Part shown: positions 9,063 to 18,955 of the stretch, in pieces
Numbering within the stretch: position 1 is the stretch's first letter
How the letters are laid out: each line of letters begins with the position of its first letter
Source of the DNA: Minisyncoccota bacterium
GTDB lineage: Bacteria; Patescibacteriota; Minisyncoccia; Phycocordibacterales; Phycocordibacteraceae
Assembly (NCBI GenBank): GCA_035531495.1
Contig: DATKSU010000001.1
Location: forward strand, 1 to 52,318
Length of the DNA: 52,318 nt
Reading direction: 5' to 3'
The notes under the pieces: model-generated
The model's database searches: none
What the model was told of the DNA's origin: nothing
The model's input: the letters and a program-made list of their open reading frames with translations, nothing else
Made by a program: the position numbers and the translations under genes

Positions 9063-9608
9063 ATGATCGATCCTCCGGCCGCCATTGAAGCCCTCCTGTT
9101 CGCCTCCGGCGAGCCCTTGGAGAAGAAGCGGCTCGCCGGCCTCCTCGGCATCAGGGACAGCGAACTGGACGTCGCCCTCGGCGCGCTTGCGCAAGCGCTC
9201 AAGGGCCGCGGCATTACGCTCGTCGAGACGGCGACCGAGGTCGAGCTGCGCACGACGGCGGAGGCGGCCGACCTCGTGAAGACGCTCCGGGAGAGCGAAC
9301 TCTCGCGCGACCTGGGTAAGGCGAGCCTCGAGACGCTCGCCGTCATCGCGTACCGCGCGGGCGCGACCCGCGGCGAGATCGACTGGGTGCGCGGCGTCAA
9401 TTCCTCGACATCGCTGCGCACGCTTCTCCTGCGCGGCCTCATCGAGGGCAGGGAAGACGAGCGCGACAAGCGCCGCATCCGCTACACGCTCACGACCGAC
9501 GCGCTCGCGCACCTCGGCCTCTCCCGCGTCGCGGATCTGCCGCGCTATGCGGAACTGTCCGCCGAGGCGCAGGCCGCGAGCGCGGCCGAGACGCAGGACG
9601 CAGCATGA
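9063..9608 (+). CDS. scpB: segregation and condensation protein B
   Basis: IEALLFASGEPL... and the ETLAVIAYRAGATRGEIDWVRGV winged-helix repeats. The ATG at 9063 was chosen because TATGAT (9050-9055) lies 7 nt upstream. Confidence 0.8.
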   Translation: MIDPPAAIEALLFASGEPLEKKRLAGLLGIRDSELDVALGALAQALKGRGITLVETATEVELRTTAEAADLVKTLRESELSRDLGKASLETLAVIAYRAGATRGEIDWVRGVNSSTSLRTLLLRGLIEGREDERDKRRIRYTLTTDALAHLGLSRVADLPRYAELSAEAQAASAAETQDAA

Positions 9609-10561
9609 TCATCATGGACGGGCTCGAGCACCAACGGTTAGCGGTACGGGCGCGCGGCATGCGCGAGCTCGGCATCGTGCTCATCTTCGCGTCCATGGTT
9701 CTCGCGCTCTTCCTCTTCCTGCCGGTCTCGCCCGACCAGGCCGCGCCCGCACCTATCGCCATCGCGAGCACGACGGCGCCGGACGCCTTCGCGGACCTTC
9801 CCATCGACGCGAAGGCCGCCATCGTCTATGACCTCGCGACAGGAGAGGTCTTGTACGCGAAGAACGCGGACGCGCAGCTGCCGCTCGCCTCGCTCACGAA
9901 ACTCCTCACGATGTACGCCGCGTTCAGCGAGTTTTCGTCCTCGACGCCGATTACGATACCGGCCGACGTCATGGGGCTGAGCGCCCCGCATGCGTTCTTG
10001 CCGGGACAGATGTTCACGCTCTCGAATCTCGCACGCCTCACGCTTACCGGCTCCTTGAACGACGGCGCGGCCGCTATCGCCGAGGCGGTGGCCGCGCGTG
10101 AGAATACGTCCATCCACGGCGCGCTCGCGGGCGCCGCTGCCGCCCTCGGCCTCTCGCAGACCTATGCCATCAACGGCAACGGCCTCGACGTGAATACCGC
10201 CGTCTCCGGCGGCTACGGTTCTGCGTACGACCTTGCGCGCCTCGCGGGTGCTCTCGTCGCGCTTGCGCCGGACGTCGCTTCCGCGACGACGCACCGGACG
10301 GTCGAGGCGTCGTCCGTCGGCGGCACGTCGTTCACGATCAAGAATACCGATCCGATGGTCGCGAATATCCCAGGACTTCTCCTTTCGAAGACCGGCTACA
10401 CGGACCTCGCCGACGGCAACCTCGCGCTCGTCTTCGATGTCGGCATCCAGCATCCGGTCGCCGTCGTCGTCCTCGGCTCGACGGTAACTTCGCGCTTCAC
10501 TGACGGTCTGAAGCTCGTCGCGGCGACGTTCGCGCATTTCGCCCACGTCAAATCTTTATGA
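9605..10561 (+). CDS. D-alanyl-D-alanine carboxypeptidase (S11, low-MW PBP)
   Basis: The SLTK (SxxK), SLN (SxN) and KTG motifs are in the correct order after an N-terminal TM/signal segment. Confidence 0.8.
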   Translation: MIIMDGLEHQRLAVRARGMRELGIVLIFASMVLALFLFLPVSPDQAAPAPIAIASTTAPDAFADLPIDAKAAIVYDLATGEVLYAKNADAQLPLASLTKLLTMYAAFSEFSSSTPITIPADVMGLSAPHAFLPGQMFTLSNLARLTLTGSLNDGAAAIAEAVAARENTSIHGALAGAAAALGLSQTYAINGNGLDVNTAVSGGYGSAYDLARLAGALVALAPDVASATTHRTVEASSVGGTSFTIKNTDPMVANIPGLLLSKTGYTDLADGNLALVFDVGIQHPVAVVVLGSTVTSRFTDGLKLVAATFAHFAHVKSL

Positions 10562-11640
10562 TTACGAGCAACATCCTCAAGGTGTTCATCCCGGCGACCG
10601 CGTCGTTCGCCGTCGGCATCGCCTGCGCCCCGCTCCTCACGCACTACCTGTTCAAGTACCGCGTCTGGAAGAAGACGGACGGGAAAACTGCGCTCGACGG
10701 CACGGCCGCGGTCGAGTTCGAGAAACTCCGCGCGAGCGGCGAGACGCGCGCGGGCACGGAGACGAAGACGCCGCGCATGGGCGGCATCCTCATCTGGGCG
10801 AGTGTCACCATCGTGACTGTCCTCATGTGGGCGCTCGCGCGCTTCGTCCCCGGTCCCCTCACCGAGAAGCTCGACTTCCTCTCCCGCAGCCAGACGTGGA
10901 TACCGTTCTTCACGCTCCTCGCCGGGGCGCTTATGGGCTTCGCGAACGACCTGCTCGATGTCCAGCCGGGAGGAGAGAAGGGGATACGGCTGCCCACGCG
11001 TCTCCTCTTCGTCATGCTCGTCTCGGCCTTTGTCGGCTGGTGGTTCTACGCGAAGCTCGGGATGACGGCTATCGGCATCCCGGGCGACGGGACGCTTCCT
11101 CTCGGCGGCTTCATCGTCCCCTTGTTCATGCTCGTCTCCATCGGCATCTATGCGGGCGGCGTCATCGACGGCATCGACGGGCTGTCGGGCGGCATCTTCG
11201 CGAGCATCTTCATGGCGTACGCCGGCATCGCGTACTTCCAGAACCAGATAAACCTCGCCGCGTTCTCCGCGACCTTGGTCGGCGCCATCCTCGCCTTCCT
11301 CTGGTTCAACATCCCGCCCGCGCGCTTCTGGATGACGGAGACCGGCACGATGGGCCTCACGATGACTTTAGCCGTCATCGCTTTCATGACCGATACTCCC
11401 GGGAACGGCTACGGCGTCGCCGCGCTGCCGGTCATCGCGTTCCCGCTCGTCATCACCGTCCTGTCGAACGTCATCCAGGTCGCTTCGAAACGCTTCCGCG
11501 GCAAGAAGGTCTTCCGCATCGCCCCCTTGCACCACCACTTCGAGGCTATCGGGTGGCCATCCTATAAGGTCACCATGCGTTACTGGGTCATCTCCGTCAT
11601 CTGCGCCATCGTCGGCATGTCGATCGCGCTCATCAAGTAA
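10558..11640 (+). CDS. mraY: phospho-N-acetylmuramoyl-pentapeptide transferase
   Basis: The polytopic protein carries GIDGLSGG, TGTMGL and the APLHHHFE motif typical of MraY. Its start is coupled (ATGA) to the upstream gene. Confidence 0.95.
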   Translation: MITSNILKVFIPATASFAVGIACAPLLTHYLFKYRVWKKTDGKTALDGTAAVEFEKLRASGETRAGTETKTPRMGGILIWASVTIVTVLMWALARFVPGPLTEKLDFLSRSQTWIPFFTLLAGALMGFANDLLDVQPGGEKGIRLPTRLLFVMLVSAFVGWWFYAKLGMTAIGIPGDGTLPLGGFIVPLFMLVSIGIYAGGVIDGIDGLSGGIFASIFMAYAGIAYFQNQINLAAFSATLVGAILAFLWFNIPPARFWMTETGTMGLTMTLAVIAFMTDTPGNGYGVAALPVIAFPLVITVLSNVIQVASKRFRGKKVFRIAPLHHHFEAIGWPSYKVTMRYWVISVICAIVGMSIALIK

Positions 11641-11643
11641 GGT

Positions 11644-12741
11644 ATGCGCTTTCAGACCGGCGACCGCATCTTCTTCATGCTCGTGCTCGCGCTTGCGCTC
11701 GCCGGCCTCGCCATCTTCTCGTCCGCCGCGCTCGGACTGCTCGCCCGCGAGACGAGCTCGATCTCCCGCGACATCCTCCTGCAGATCGTCCTCGGGCTCG
11801 GCTTCGGGTCCGCCGCCCTCGTCGCCGCGCGCTTCATCCCGCTCGCGGCTATCCGGCGCTTCGCGCCGCACCTCTTCGCCGTCTCGCTCATCTTCACGGC
11901 GCTCGTCTTCGTGCCGCACCTCGGACTGCGCGCCAACGGCGCGACTCGATGGATCAACCTCGGCTTCACCACCGTGCAGCCGGCCGAATTCCTCAAGATC
12001 GGCTTCGTCATCGCGCTCGCCTGGTGGCTCGCGCCGCGGGCGCGACAGCTCTCGGACGTCAAGAAGGGCCTCATCCCGTTCGCCGCCATCCTCGCGCTGC
12101 CGGCGCTCCTCCTGATCGCGCAGCCGAACACGTCGACGACGCTCCTCATCCTCGCGACGGGCGCCGTGATGTACTTCGCCGCCGGCGCGCCCTGGCGCGA
12201 TTTCGGCATTCTCCTCGCTCTCATCCTCGTCGCGTTCGGCGCCGTCGTGCTCATCCGGCCGTACGTCCTCCAGCGCGTCGAGACTTTCTTCAACCCGTCA
12301 GCGAACTCGCTCTCGACCGGCTATCAGATCCAGCAGTCCTTGATCGCCGTCGGTTCAGGCGGCGTCTTCGGCCGCGGCTTCGGCCAGAGTGTCGAGAAAT
12401 TCAACTACCTACCGGAACCCGACGGCGACTCCGTCTTCGCCGTCTTCGCCGAAGAGACGGGTTTCGTGGGCTCTCTCATCCTGCTCGCGCTCTTCGTCGC
12501 GCTCGCCGCACGCGGCATCGTCATCGCCGGCGATTCCCGCGACCTCTTCGGCGGGCTCATGGTGCTCGGCCTCTCTTTCCTCATCATCCTCCAGGCGTTC
12601 ATCAACATCTGCGCCATGCTCGGCATCATCCCGCTCACGGGCCTGCCGCTGCCGTTCGTCTCGCACGGCGGAACCGCGCTCTTCGCCGTCCTCCTCATGT
12701 GCGGCCTTATCCTGAACGTCGCCGCCCACCGGCAGGCGTGA
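11644..12741 (+). CDS. ftsW: SEDS family peptidoglycan polymerase FtsW (FtsW/RodA/SpoVE)
   Basis: GATRWINLGFTTVQPAEFLK, PEPDGDSVFAV and LPFVSHGGTA motifs. The position between mraY and murG supports FtsW. Confidence 0.85.
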   Translation: MRFQTGDRIFFMLVLALALAGLAIFSSAALGLLARETSSISRDILLQIVLGLGFGSAALVAARFIPLAAIRRFAPHLFAVSLIFTALVFVPHLGLRANGATRWINLGFTTVQPAEFLKIGFVIALAWWLAPRARQLSDVKKGLIPFAAILALPALLLIAQPNTSTTLLILATGAVMYFAAGAPWRDFGILLALILVAFGAVVLIRPYVLQRVETFFNPSANSLSTGYQIQQSLIAVGSGGVFGRGFGQSVEKFNYLPEPDGDSVFAVFAEETGFVGSLILLALFVALAARGIVIAGDSRDLFGGLMVLGLSFLIILQAFINICAMLGIIPLTGLPLPFVSHGGTALFAVLLMCGLILNVAAHRQA

Positions 12742-12758
12742 ACTGGTATAGTCGTGGT

Positions 12759-13898
12759 ATGAAAATCGCGTTCACAGGAGGCGGGACCGGCGGCCACTTC
12801 TATCCCGCCATCGCCATCGCGGAAGCCGTGCGGGACATCGTCCGCGAGAAGCGCCTCCTCGACCCGAAGCTCTACTACCTCGCGCCGGACCCGTTCGACG
12901 AGAAAGCGCTCTTCGAGAACGGCATCGTCTTCATCCGCATCCCGGCAGGGAAACTGCGTCGCTATCGCTCGCTCCTGAACGTAACCGATTCCTTCGTGAC
13001 GCTCCTCGGCACGTTCGCGGCCCTCGTGACGCTCTTCAGCATCTATCCGGACGTCGTCGTGAGCAAAGGCGGGTACGGCAGCGTGCCGACGGTGCTCGCC
13101 GCGCGCCTCCTCGGCATCCCGGTCATCGTGCATGAATCGGATGCGAAGCCCGGACGCGCGAACCTGCTCGCCGCGAAGTCCGCGCGCAAGATCGCCATCT
13201 CTTTCGACAGCGCTGCGCAGTACTTCCCGTCGTCGGTGCAGAAGAAAATTGCGCGCACGGGCATCCCCGTGCGCAAGGCGCTCATGCGTATCGAGCTGGA
13301 AGGCGCTCACCAGTACCTCGGCCTCGATCGGAGCGTCCCGACGGCGTTCATCCTTGGCGGCTCGCAGGGCTCGCTGCGCATCAACGAGGCGGTCCTCTCC
13401 GCGCTGCCGGAGCTCGTCTCCTTCGCGAACATCATCCACCAGACGGGCGTCGCGCACTATGCGAACGTCGAGGCCGTCGCGAAAGTCGCGCTCGCGAAGA
13501 GCGAGCACGCGGACCGCTACCATCCCTTCAACTACCTCTCCGAGATGGCCATGCAGCGCGCGGCAGGCGCCGCGGACATCGTCGTCTCGCGCGCCGGCGC
13601 GGGCTCCATCGCCGAAATCGCGCTCTGGAAGAAGCCGTCCATCCTCATACCTATTCCCGAATCCATAAGTCATGATCAGCGGACGAACGCGTATGCCTTC
13701 GCTCGCACCGGCGCCGCCGTCGTCGTCGAAGAAGAGAACCTTACGCCGCACGTCCTCGTCTCCGAGATGCGCCGCATCGTCTCCGATCCGGCGGCGGCAA
13801 GCCGCATGAGCGCCGCGTCGGCCGGCTTCACGGAAGTCGACGCCGCACGCGTCCTCGCGAACGAGGCGCTCGTCATTGCGCTCGAGCACGAAGCATGA
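12759..13898 (+). CDS. murG: UDP-GlcNAc:lipid I N-acetylglucosaminyltransferase
   Basis: MKIAFTGGGTGGHFYPAIAIAE N-terminus. TGgTATAGT (12744-12752) lies 6 nt upstream of the ATG. The long 5' extension of the track ORF overlaps ftsW and was discarded. Confidence 0.9.
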   Translation: MKIAFTGGGTGGHFYPAIAIAEAVRDIVREKRLLDPKLYYLAPDPFDEKALFENGIVFIRIPAGKLRRYRSLLNVTDSFVTLLGTFAALVTLFSIYPDVVVSKGGYGSVPTVLAARLLGIPVIVHESDAKPGRANLLAAKSARKIAISFDSAAQYFPSSVQKKIARTGIPVRKALMRIELEGAHQYLGLDRSVPTAFILGGSQGSLRINEAVLSALPELVSFANIIHQTGVAHYANVEAVAKVALAKSEHADRYHPFNYLSEMAMQRAAGAADIVVSRAGAGSIAEIALWKKPSILIPIPESISHDQRTNAYAFARTGAAVVVEEENLTPHVLVSEMRRIVSDPAAASRMSAASAGFTEVDAARVLANEALVIALEHEA

Positions 13899-15289
13899 CG
13901 GAAGTCGTCACCCGCATCCCGCCGTCGCCGACCGGCCACCTTCACATCGGCACCGCACGTACGGCGCTCTTCAACTACCTCTTCGCACGCCACGCGGGCG
14001 GCTCGATCGTCTTCCGCAGCGAGAACACCGATCGAGCGAGGAGCACCCAGGAATTCGAGGATGAGATTATTGACGGACTCCGGTGGCTCGGCCTTTCCTG
14101 GGACTCGTTCTCCCGCCAGAGCGAACGCGGCCCGCGCTACCGCGAACTCCTCGAGAAGCTCATCGGGGAAGGGAAGGCCTATAAGAGCGACGAGACAAAG
14201 AGATCGGAAACGTTAGATAGGCCCAGGAAGAATCTCGATGAGGTCATGAATCTCCGTGCGGAAGTGATACGGCTCAAGAATCCCGGAAGGACGGTCACCT
14301 TCCATGACGAGATACGCGGCGACATCACGTTCGATACGACTGAACTCGGCGACTTCGTCATCGCGCGCGCCATCGACGACCCGCTCTACCACTTTGCGGT
14401 GGTCGCCGACGACATGGATGCCCACGTCACCCACGTCATCCGCGGCGAGGACCACATCTCGAACACGCCGCGGCAAATCCTCATCCAGGAAGCGCTCGGC
14501 GCCCCGCGGCCGGCATACGCGCACTTGCCACTCATCCTCGACGAGAAACGCGCGAAGCTCTCGAAGCGAAGTCCCTCCGGCGTGCCGGAGATTCCACAGC
14601 TCAGAGAGGAGGGCATTCTACCGGAAGCGCTTGTGAACTACCTCGCCCTCCTCGGCTGGAATCCGGGCAGCGACCGGGAGGATTTCTCGCTCGCGGAGCT
14701 CGTCGACGAGTTCACTCTCAACGGCGTACAGAAGAGCGGCGCCGTCTGGGACCGCACGAAGCTCTTGTCCGTCAACCAGCGCTGGATGCGTAAGCTTTCT
14801 GAAAAGGATCTCTTATTCGCCCTTGGCATAGTGCACGTCGGCAATCAAGCGATCCCTGCAAAGCTGCTGAAGACGATGCCGCTCCTTAAGGAGCGCGCGT
14901 CGACGCTGGCCGAAGCGAAGCAGATGCTAGAAGGCGAATTGCAATGCCTCTTCAGTACCCCGAGGCCTGCTCTGGATACGCTCATCGCCAAAGAGCTTCC
15001 GAGCCGTCCGGGCATCGCGCGCGAGAGCCTCAGCGCCATCCTGAAGCTCGTGCAAGGCCTTCCTGAAGACGTTTCCGTCGAGACGGTAAAGGATAGCGTC
15101 ATGCCGCTCGCCGACGCAGAAGAAACCGAAGGGAAGGGAGGCAGGGGCGCCGTCCTCTGGCCTCTGCGCTACGCGCTTTCGGGCCAAGAGCGCTCTCCGG
15201 ACCCGTTCACCATCATCTCCGTCATCGGCCCCGCCGATGCCGCTATGCGCATCGAACAAGCCCTCAAGATCCTCGGGAAGGAGGATTGA
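13895..15289 (+). CDS. gltX: glutamyl-tRNA synthetase
   Basis: RIPPSPTGHLHIGTARTALFNY (HIGH) and KLSKRS (KMSKS). The ATGA overlaps the murG stop. Confidence 0.9.
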   Translation: MTEVVTRIPPSPTGHLHIGTARTALFNYLFARHAGGSIVFRSENTDRARSTQEFEDEIIDGLRWLGLSWDSFSRQSERGPRYRELLEKLIGEGKAYKSDETKRSETLDRPRKNLDEVMNLRAEVIRLKNPGRTVTFHDEIRGDITFDTTELGDFVIARAIDDPLYHFAVVADDMDAHVTHVIRGEDHISNTPRQILIQEALGAPRPAYAHLPLILDEKRAKLSKRSPSGVPEIPQLREEGILPEALVNYLALLGWNPGSDREDFSLAELVDEFTLNGVQKSGAVWDRTKLLSVNQRWMRKLSEKDLLFALGIVHVGNQAIPAKLLKTMPLLKERASTLAEAKQMLEGELQCLFSTPRPALDTLIAKELPSRPGIARESLSAILKLVQGLPEDVSVETVKDSVMPLADAEETEGKGGRGAVLWPLRYALSGQERSPDPFTIISVIGPADAAMRIEQALKILGKED

Positions 15290-15394
15290 GTGGCAAGTAC
15301 GCGGCGACGCAATTTCCGTCGCTGATGTACGCCGAATCTCGGCAACACGAGATACGGGGCTGTAGGGGAGGGAGGGCTGGTATACTGTCCTTAC

Positions 15395-15583
15395 ATGCTG
15401 CGGCTCCTCTTCTGGATCTTCGTCCTCTTCCTGGCCCTGTCCTATTTCGGTATCTCTATCCGCACTATCGTCGAATCTCCCGCCGGCCAAGCGAATCTCG
15501 CCTACCTCGCCTACCTCGCCGTCACGAGTTGGCACCTCTTGTACGGCTACGCCCAAAACGCTGTCCAGCAGCAGGGCCTCTGA
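15395..15583 (+). CDS. small membrane protein, 62 aa
   Basis: TGgTATACT (15378-15386) lies 8 nt before the ATG. The N-terminus is hydrophobic (MLRLLFWIFVLFLALSYF). No homology was recognised. Confidence 0.45.
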   Translation: MLRLLFWIFVLFLALSYFGISIRTIVESPAGQANLAYLAYLAVTSWHLLYGYAQNAVQQQGL

Positions 15584-15669
15584 CGGCCGTAGGCGTATTT
15601 ACGCAAAAGATATATTGTGCGCACTTTATTCATCCGGTAGAGAGGCTTGCTCGGAAGCCGTGCCCTTCC

Positions 15670-16425
15670 CTAGCAGGAGACGTTTTCGATGATGTACTCG
15701 TAAGCCTCATCAACCGAGTCGACGAGCGTGAAGAGGTTCATATCTTCCTTGTCGATGGCCTTATGCTCGCGGTACAACGTCTCGTCGATGAATTTCTGTA
15801 GCGGCTCCCAATACTGCTTGCCGAAGACCACAATCGGCACCTTGCGGATCTTCTTCGTCTGGACGAGCGTCACAATCTCGAAGAACTCATCGAGCGTGCC
15901 GAATCCGCCCGGGAAATAGATGTAGACCTCGGAGGCGTACGTGAGCATGACCTTGCGCACGAAGAAATGATCGAAGCCGAACCGGTCAGTCAGGTACGGG
16001 TTGTAATCCTGCGCTTGCGGAAGGTTGATGTTAAGGCCGATGGACGCCCCGCCGGCTTCGAAGGCGCCGCGGTTGGCCGCCTGCATGATGCCCGAGCTGC
16101 CGCCCGTGATGACGGCGAAGCCCTTGCGCGCGAGCCGGCCGGCGAGTTCTGTCGCATGCTTGTAAAGGTCGTCCTCGAAGGTCGTACGGGCGCTGCCGAA
16201 GAACGACGCGGCGAGGCTGTAGCGGCGGATCAGGTCGAAACCTTCGACGAACTCCGACATGATCTTGAAGACGCGCCACGACTCTATCTTGTTTGGCTTA
16301 CACACGAGGAGCGGCTTGTCGTCCGGCATCGTGCGCCGCCCTTCGTGGATGGTCTTCGCGAGCCGTTCGCCCATGTCGTCATCGCCATGCACGACGGGCA
16401 TGTCGCGCGTGAAGTTCTCGTTCAT
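15670..16425 (-). CDS. LOG family protein (TIGR00730; nucleotide 5'-monophosphate nucleosidase / lysine-decarboxylase-like)
   Basis: The GGSSGIMQAANRGA and PGGFGTLDEFFE motifs are characteristic of the LOG family. TGcTACTAT lies 7 nt upstream of the ATG on the minus strand. Confidence 0.85.
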   Translation of the reverse strand: MNENFTRDMPVVHGDDDMGERLAKTIHEGRRTMPDDKPLLVCKPNKIESWRVFKIMSEFVEGFDLIRRYSLAASFFGSARTTFEDDLYKHATELAGRLARKGFAVITGGSSGIMQAANRGAFEAGGASIGLNINLPQAQDYNPYLTDRFGFDHFFVRKVMLTYASEVYIYFPGGFGTLDEFFEIVTLVQTKKIRKVPIVVFGKQYWEPLQKFIDETLYREHKAIDKEDMNLFTLVDSVDEAYEYIIENVSC

Positions 16426-16443
16426 TCGCTCAATAGTAGCAGA

Positions 16444-16791
16444 CTAGAGGCCCGCGCAATTCGTCGCCGGCGCATAACCGTGCGTCTGCGCGTCCGACTC
16501 GGACGCGAACCACACTTTGTTGGCGTCGCTAATGCGCGCGGCGGTCGCGCACCACGGCAGGTAGTACTTCGTTCCGCTCCTCGAGGCGACGACCTGGCCG
16601 TCCGACGAGGTCGCGACCGCGAGGGAGACGCCGACGGACACGCCTTCCCCCTGCCCTGCCGCGCTCCCGGCGAGATAGCCGAGGCCGAACGAGAGCAGCG
16701 CGACGAGGACGAGGATGGCGAGGATGCGGACGTCGCGCGGGATGCGTTCGACAGCGCTTTTGCATTTCGCGCGCGTCTCTGCTATAGTCAT
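16444..16791 (-). CDS. membrane-anchored protein with a C-terminal Cys-containing small domain
   Basis: Internal ATG at 16791. One TM segment ([18 protein letters not shown]) is followed by KYYLPWC...NKVWF...GYAPATNC. Upstream codons of the track ORF overlap rpmA antisense. Confidence 0.5.
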   Translation of the reverse strand: MTIAETRAKCKSAVERIPRDVRILAILVLVALLSFGLGYLAGSAAGQGEGVSVGVSLAVATSSDGQVVASRSGTKYYLPWCATAARISDANKVWFASESDAQTHGYAPATNCAGL

Positions 16792-16810
16792 CCGACACAA
16801 GATACCACGT

Positions 16811-17083
16811 ATGGCATCAACCAAAGCCGGCGGATCGACTAAAAACCTGCGCGACTCAGGACCGAAATACCTGGGCGTGAAGCTCGCTGACGGCGCAAAG
16901 GCGCGCCCGGGCATGGCCATCGTTCGCCAGCGCGGCACGAAGGTCGAAGCCGGCAAGAACGTCGGCATCGGCCGCGATCATACGCTCTTCGCGCTTGCCG
17001 CTGGCACCGTCTCTTTCCGCACCCGCCGCAAGATGAGCTTCACGGGCCATCGCTCGTTGAAGAAGATCGTCGACGTACTTTAA
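16811..17083 (+). CDS. rpmA: 50S ribosomal protein L27
   Basis: [24 protein letters not shown]...IVRQRGTK is a canonical L27 N-terminus. TGcTATAGT lies at 16780-16788. Confidence 0.95.
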   Translation: MASTKAGGSTKNLRDSGPKYLGVKLADGAKARPGMAIVRQRGTKVEAGKNVGIGRDHTLFALAAGTVSFRTRRKMSFTGHRSLKKIVDVL

Positions 17084-17099
17084 ACTTTAAAACGTAGAG

Positions 17100-17143
17100 G
17101 AAGAACCTGGGAGCGCATACGCGCTCCCAGGTTCTTCTTTTTT
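17100..17143. terminator. bidirectional rho-independent terminator between rpmA and rplI
   Basis: A perfect 17-bp stem GAAGAACCTGGGAGCGC / GCGCTCCCAGGTTCTTC with loop ATAC is followed by TTTTTT. There is a short A-run on the other side. Confidence 0.8.
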
Positions 17144-17159
17144 GCATTATTACTTTACT

Positions 17160-17603
17160 TTATTCCGCCTCGATCGTGATCGGGAATTCGCCGAACGTCT
17201 CGCCGCTTGAAACCGGAACCCGGAACGTCCCGATCTCCTTGAATGGCTTCTCGATGGCGAGCGCGTTTTCCGGAATATCGATATGCGCTTCCGCCTTCGC
17301 CGCCTGTGCTATCTCGCGGGCGCCGACCGCATCGTAGAGGTGGCCCTTCTCGTTCGCCTTCGCGCGAACAACGATACGCGCCTCGGCGAGCGCGGCGATG
17401 TTGCCCGCGAGAACCTTCGCATCGACTTCTTTGCGCTCCTTCGTCTGCCGCAGCCGCAGCTCGGCCTCTTTGAGCGCTGCGGACGTCGCCGGGATGGCGA
17501 GTTTCTTCGGGATGAGGAAGTTGAGCGCGTAACCGTCCTTGGCCTCGACCGACTCGTGGGCGCGGCCCATGCCCTTCACGTCTTTCAGGAGTACGACCTT
17601 CAT
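17160..17603 (-). CDS. rplI: 50S ribosomal protein L9
   Basis: MKVVLLKDVKGMGRAHESVEAKDGYALNFLIPKKLA is a typical L9 N-domain. The length is 147 aa. Confidence 0.9.
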   Translation of the reverse strand: MKVVLLKDVKGMGRAHESVEAKDGYALNFLIPKKLAIPATSAALKEAELRLRQTKERKEVDAKVLAGNIAALAEARIVVRAKANEKGHLYDAVGAREIAQAAKAEAHIDIPENALAIEKPFKEIGTFRVPVSSGETFGEFPITIEAE

Positions 17604-17623
17604 AGCGGAGCCACTCTACCCTA

Positions 17624-18880
17624 TCATTTGCCCGTCGTCAAAAACTGCACGGCGCGCGCCATCTGCGGATCCGTTCCGGCGTTCGCGTCGGCTTTCGTGA
17701 AGGGCACGGTGATGTCCGGCGTGATGCCGTTGCCCATGATCCATTGGCCGTCCGGCGTAATCCAGCGCGCGATGGTCACCTTGAGCGAGCCGCCGCCGAT
17801 CGGAATGAGCTCCTGCACCGAGCCCTTGCCGAAGGAGCGCGTGCCAATCAAGGTCGCGACATGGTTATCCTTGAGCGCCCCGGCGAGGATCTCGGACGCG
17901 GACGCTGAGCCGCCGTTGATGAGGACGACGACCTTTGTGCCCGGCGGAACGTCGTCGTAGCCGAGGCTTGTGTGGACCTGGTTGGATCCTTTGCCGCCGA
18001 AGTCCTCCGTCACGATTGTCGCGCCTTTCGGAAGGAAGTGGCTCGCGATGTCGACGGCGGCGTCGAGATAGCCGCCCGGGTTGTCGCGCAAATCGATGAC
18101 AAGCTCTTTCGAGCCGGAAGCCTTGAAGCGCTGGAAGGCCTGGTCGAAGAGACCCGCCGAATCCGAAGTGAACTCGTACAGCGCGATGTGGTAGACGCCC
18201 GTCTTCGGGTCGTAGCCGTCGCTCGTCTCGGGCACCTGGATGGTCGCGCGCGTCACCTTGATAGTGAGCGGATTGCCGTCACGCACGAGCGAGAGCGTGA
18301 TGGTCGTGCCGATCGGGCCGCGGATCTCGTTCGCGGCTTCGTCGACGGAGAGGCCCTGTGTCGGCTTATTGTCGATGGCGACGATCTGGTCGCCGGGCTT
18401 GATGCCAGCCGCTTCCGCCGGCGTGCCCTTCAAGGGCGCGATGACGGTCAAGACGCCATCCTTCACGTCGATCTCCATGCCGACGCCCGCGAAGCTTCCC
18501 GAGATGTCCTCGGCGAACGACTTCGCCTGCTGCGGCGGGAAGAAGATCGTATACGGGTCGCCGTAGGCGCTCGCGAGGCCTTGGATAGCGCCGTAAACCT
18601 TGTCCTGTGTCGAGGGCAGCGTCGTTGAGGCATGCGTGATGACGTAATTGCTCTGGAGCGCATTCCAGGCCTCCCAGAAATCGGTGAGGTCGACGTTCGG
18701 ATCCGGCGTCGGATCGAGACCGTCGCTCACGAACGGGATGTGGGACACGACCGATGCGGCAGAGCCGCTGCCGCCCACGGCGATGCCGGCGCCGAAGGCG
18801 ACCGCCGCGACGAGCGCGAATGAAATGCCGCGGATAGCGATGCCGCGGCCTCTGCTGTTTCGGGTGTTTGAAAAGTCCAT
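17624..18880 (-). CDS. ctpA: carboxy-terminal processing protease (S41 family) with PDZ domain
   Basis: A signal/TM segment, a PDZ domain (GVGMEI...GTPAEAAGIKPGDQIVAID), GGSASASEILAGAL (catalytic Ser) and the GTRSFGKGSVQ motif. Start is at the internal Met, with TGcTACACT 6 nt upstream. Confidence 0.85.
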   Translation of the reverse strand: MDFSNTRNSRGRGIAIRGISFALVAAVAFGAGIAVGGSGSAASVVSHIPFVSDGLDPTPDPNVDLTDFWEAWNALQSNYVITHASTTLPSTQDKVYGAIQGLASAYGDPYTIFFPPQQAKSFAEDISGSFAGVGMEIDVKDGVLTVIAPLKGTPAEAAGIKPGDQIVAIDNKPTQGLSVDEAANEIRGPIGTTITLSLVRDGNPLTIKVTRATIQVPETSDGYDPKTGVYHIALYEFTSDSAGLFDQAFQRFKASGSKELVIDLRDNPGGYLDAAVDIASHFLPKGATIVTEDFGGKGSNQVHTSLGYDDVPPGTKVVVLINGGSASASEILAGALKDNHVATLIGTRSFGKGSVQELIPIGGGSLKVTIARWITPDGQWIMGNGITPDITVPFTKADANAGTDPQMARAVQFLTTGK

Positions 18881-18955
18881 CGGGACAGTGTAGCACATGC
18901 CGTTTTTGCGCATCCTGGGGCGGAATCGCGCGACGGGGCGTGGTATCCTACAGCC

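Noticed and set aside
11949-12758. Long N-terminal extensions of track ORFs (murG 11949.., mreB2 ..45297, ctpA ..19471, rsmH ..32934, mrdA ..37238, rmuC ..27231, yqeY 26672..).
   Set aside because: The extensions overlap neighbouring real genes and lack family similarity. The internal Met starts coincide with conserved protein N-termini and with -10 boxes 6-9 nt upstream.
15497-15520. A short tandem repeat (CTCGCCTAC x2.7), and a general check for CRISPR-like arrays.
   Set aside because: The repeat lies inside the 62-aa ORF (…NLAYLAYLAV…) and has no spacers. No repeat-spacer array was seen anywhere in the window.
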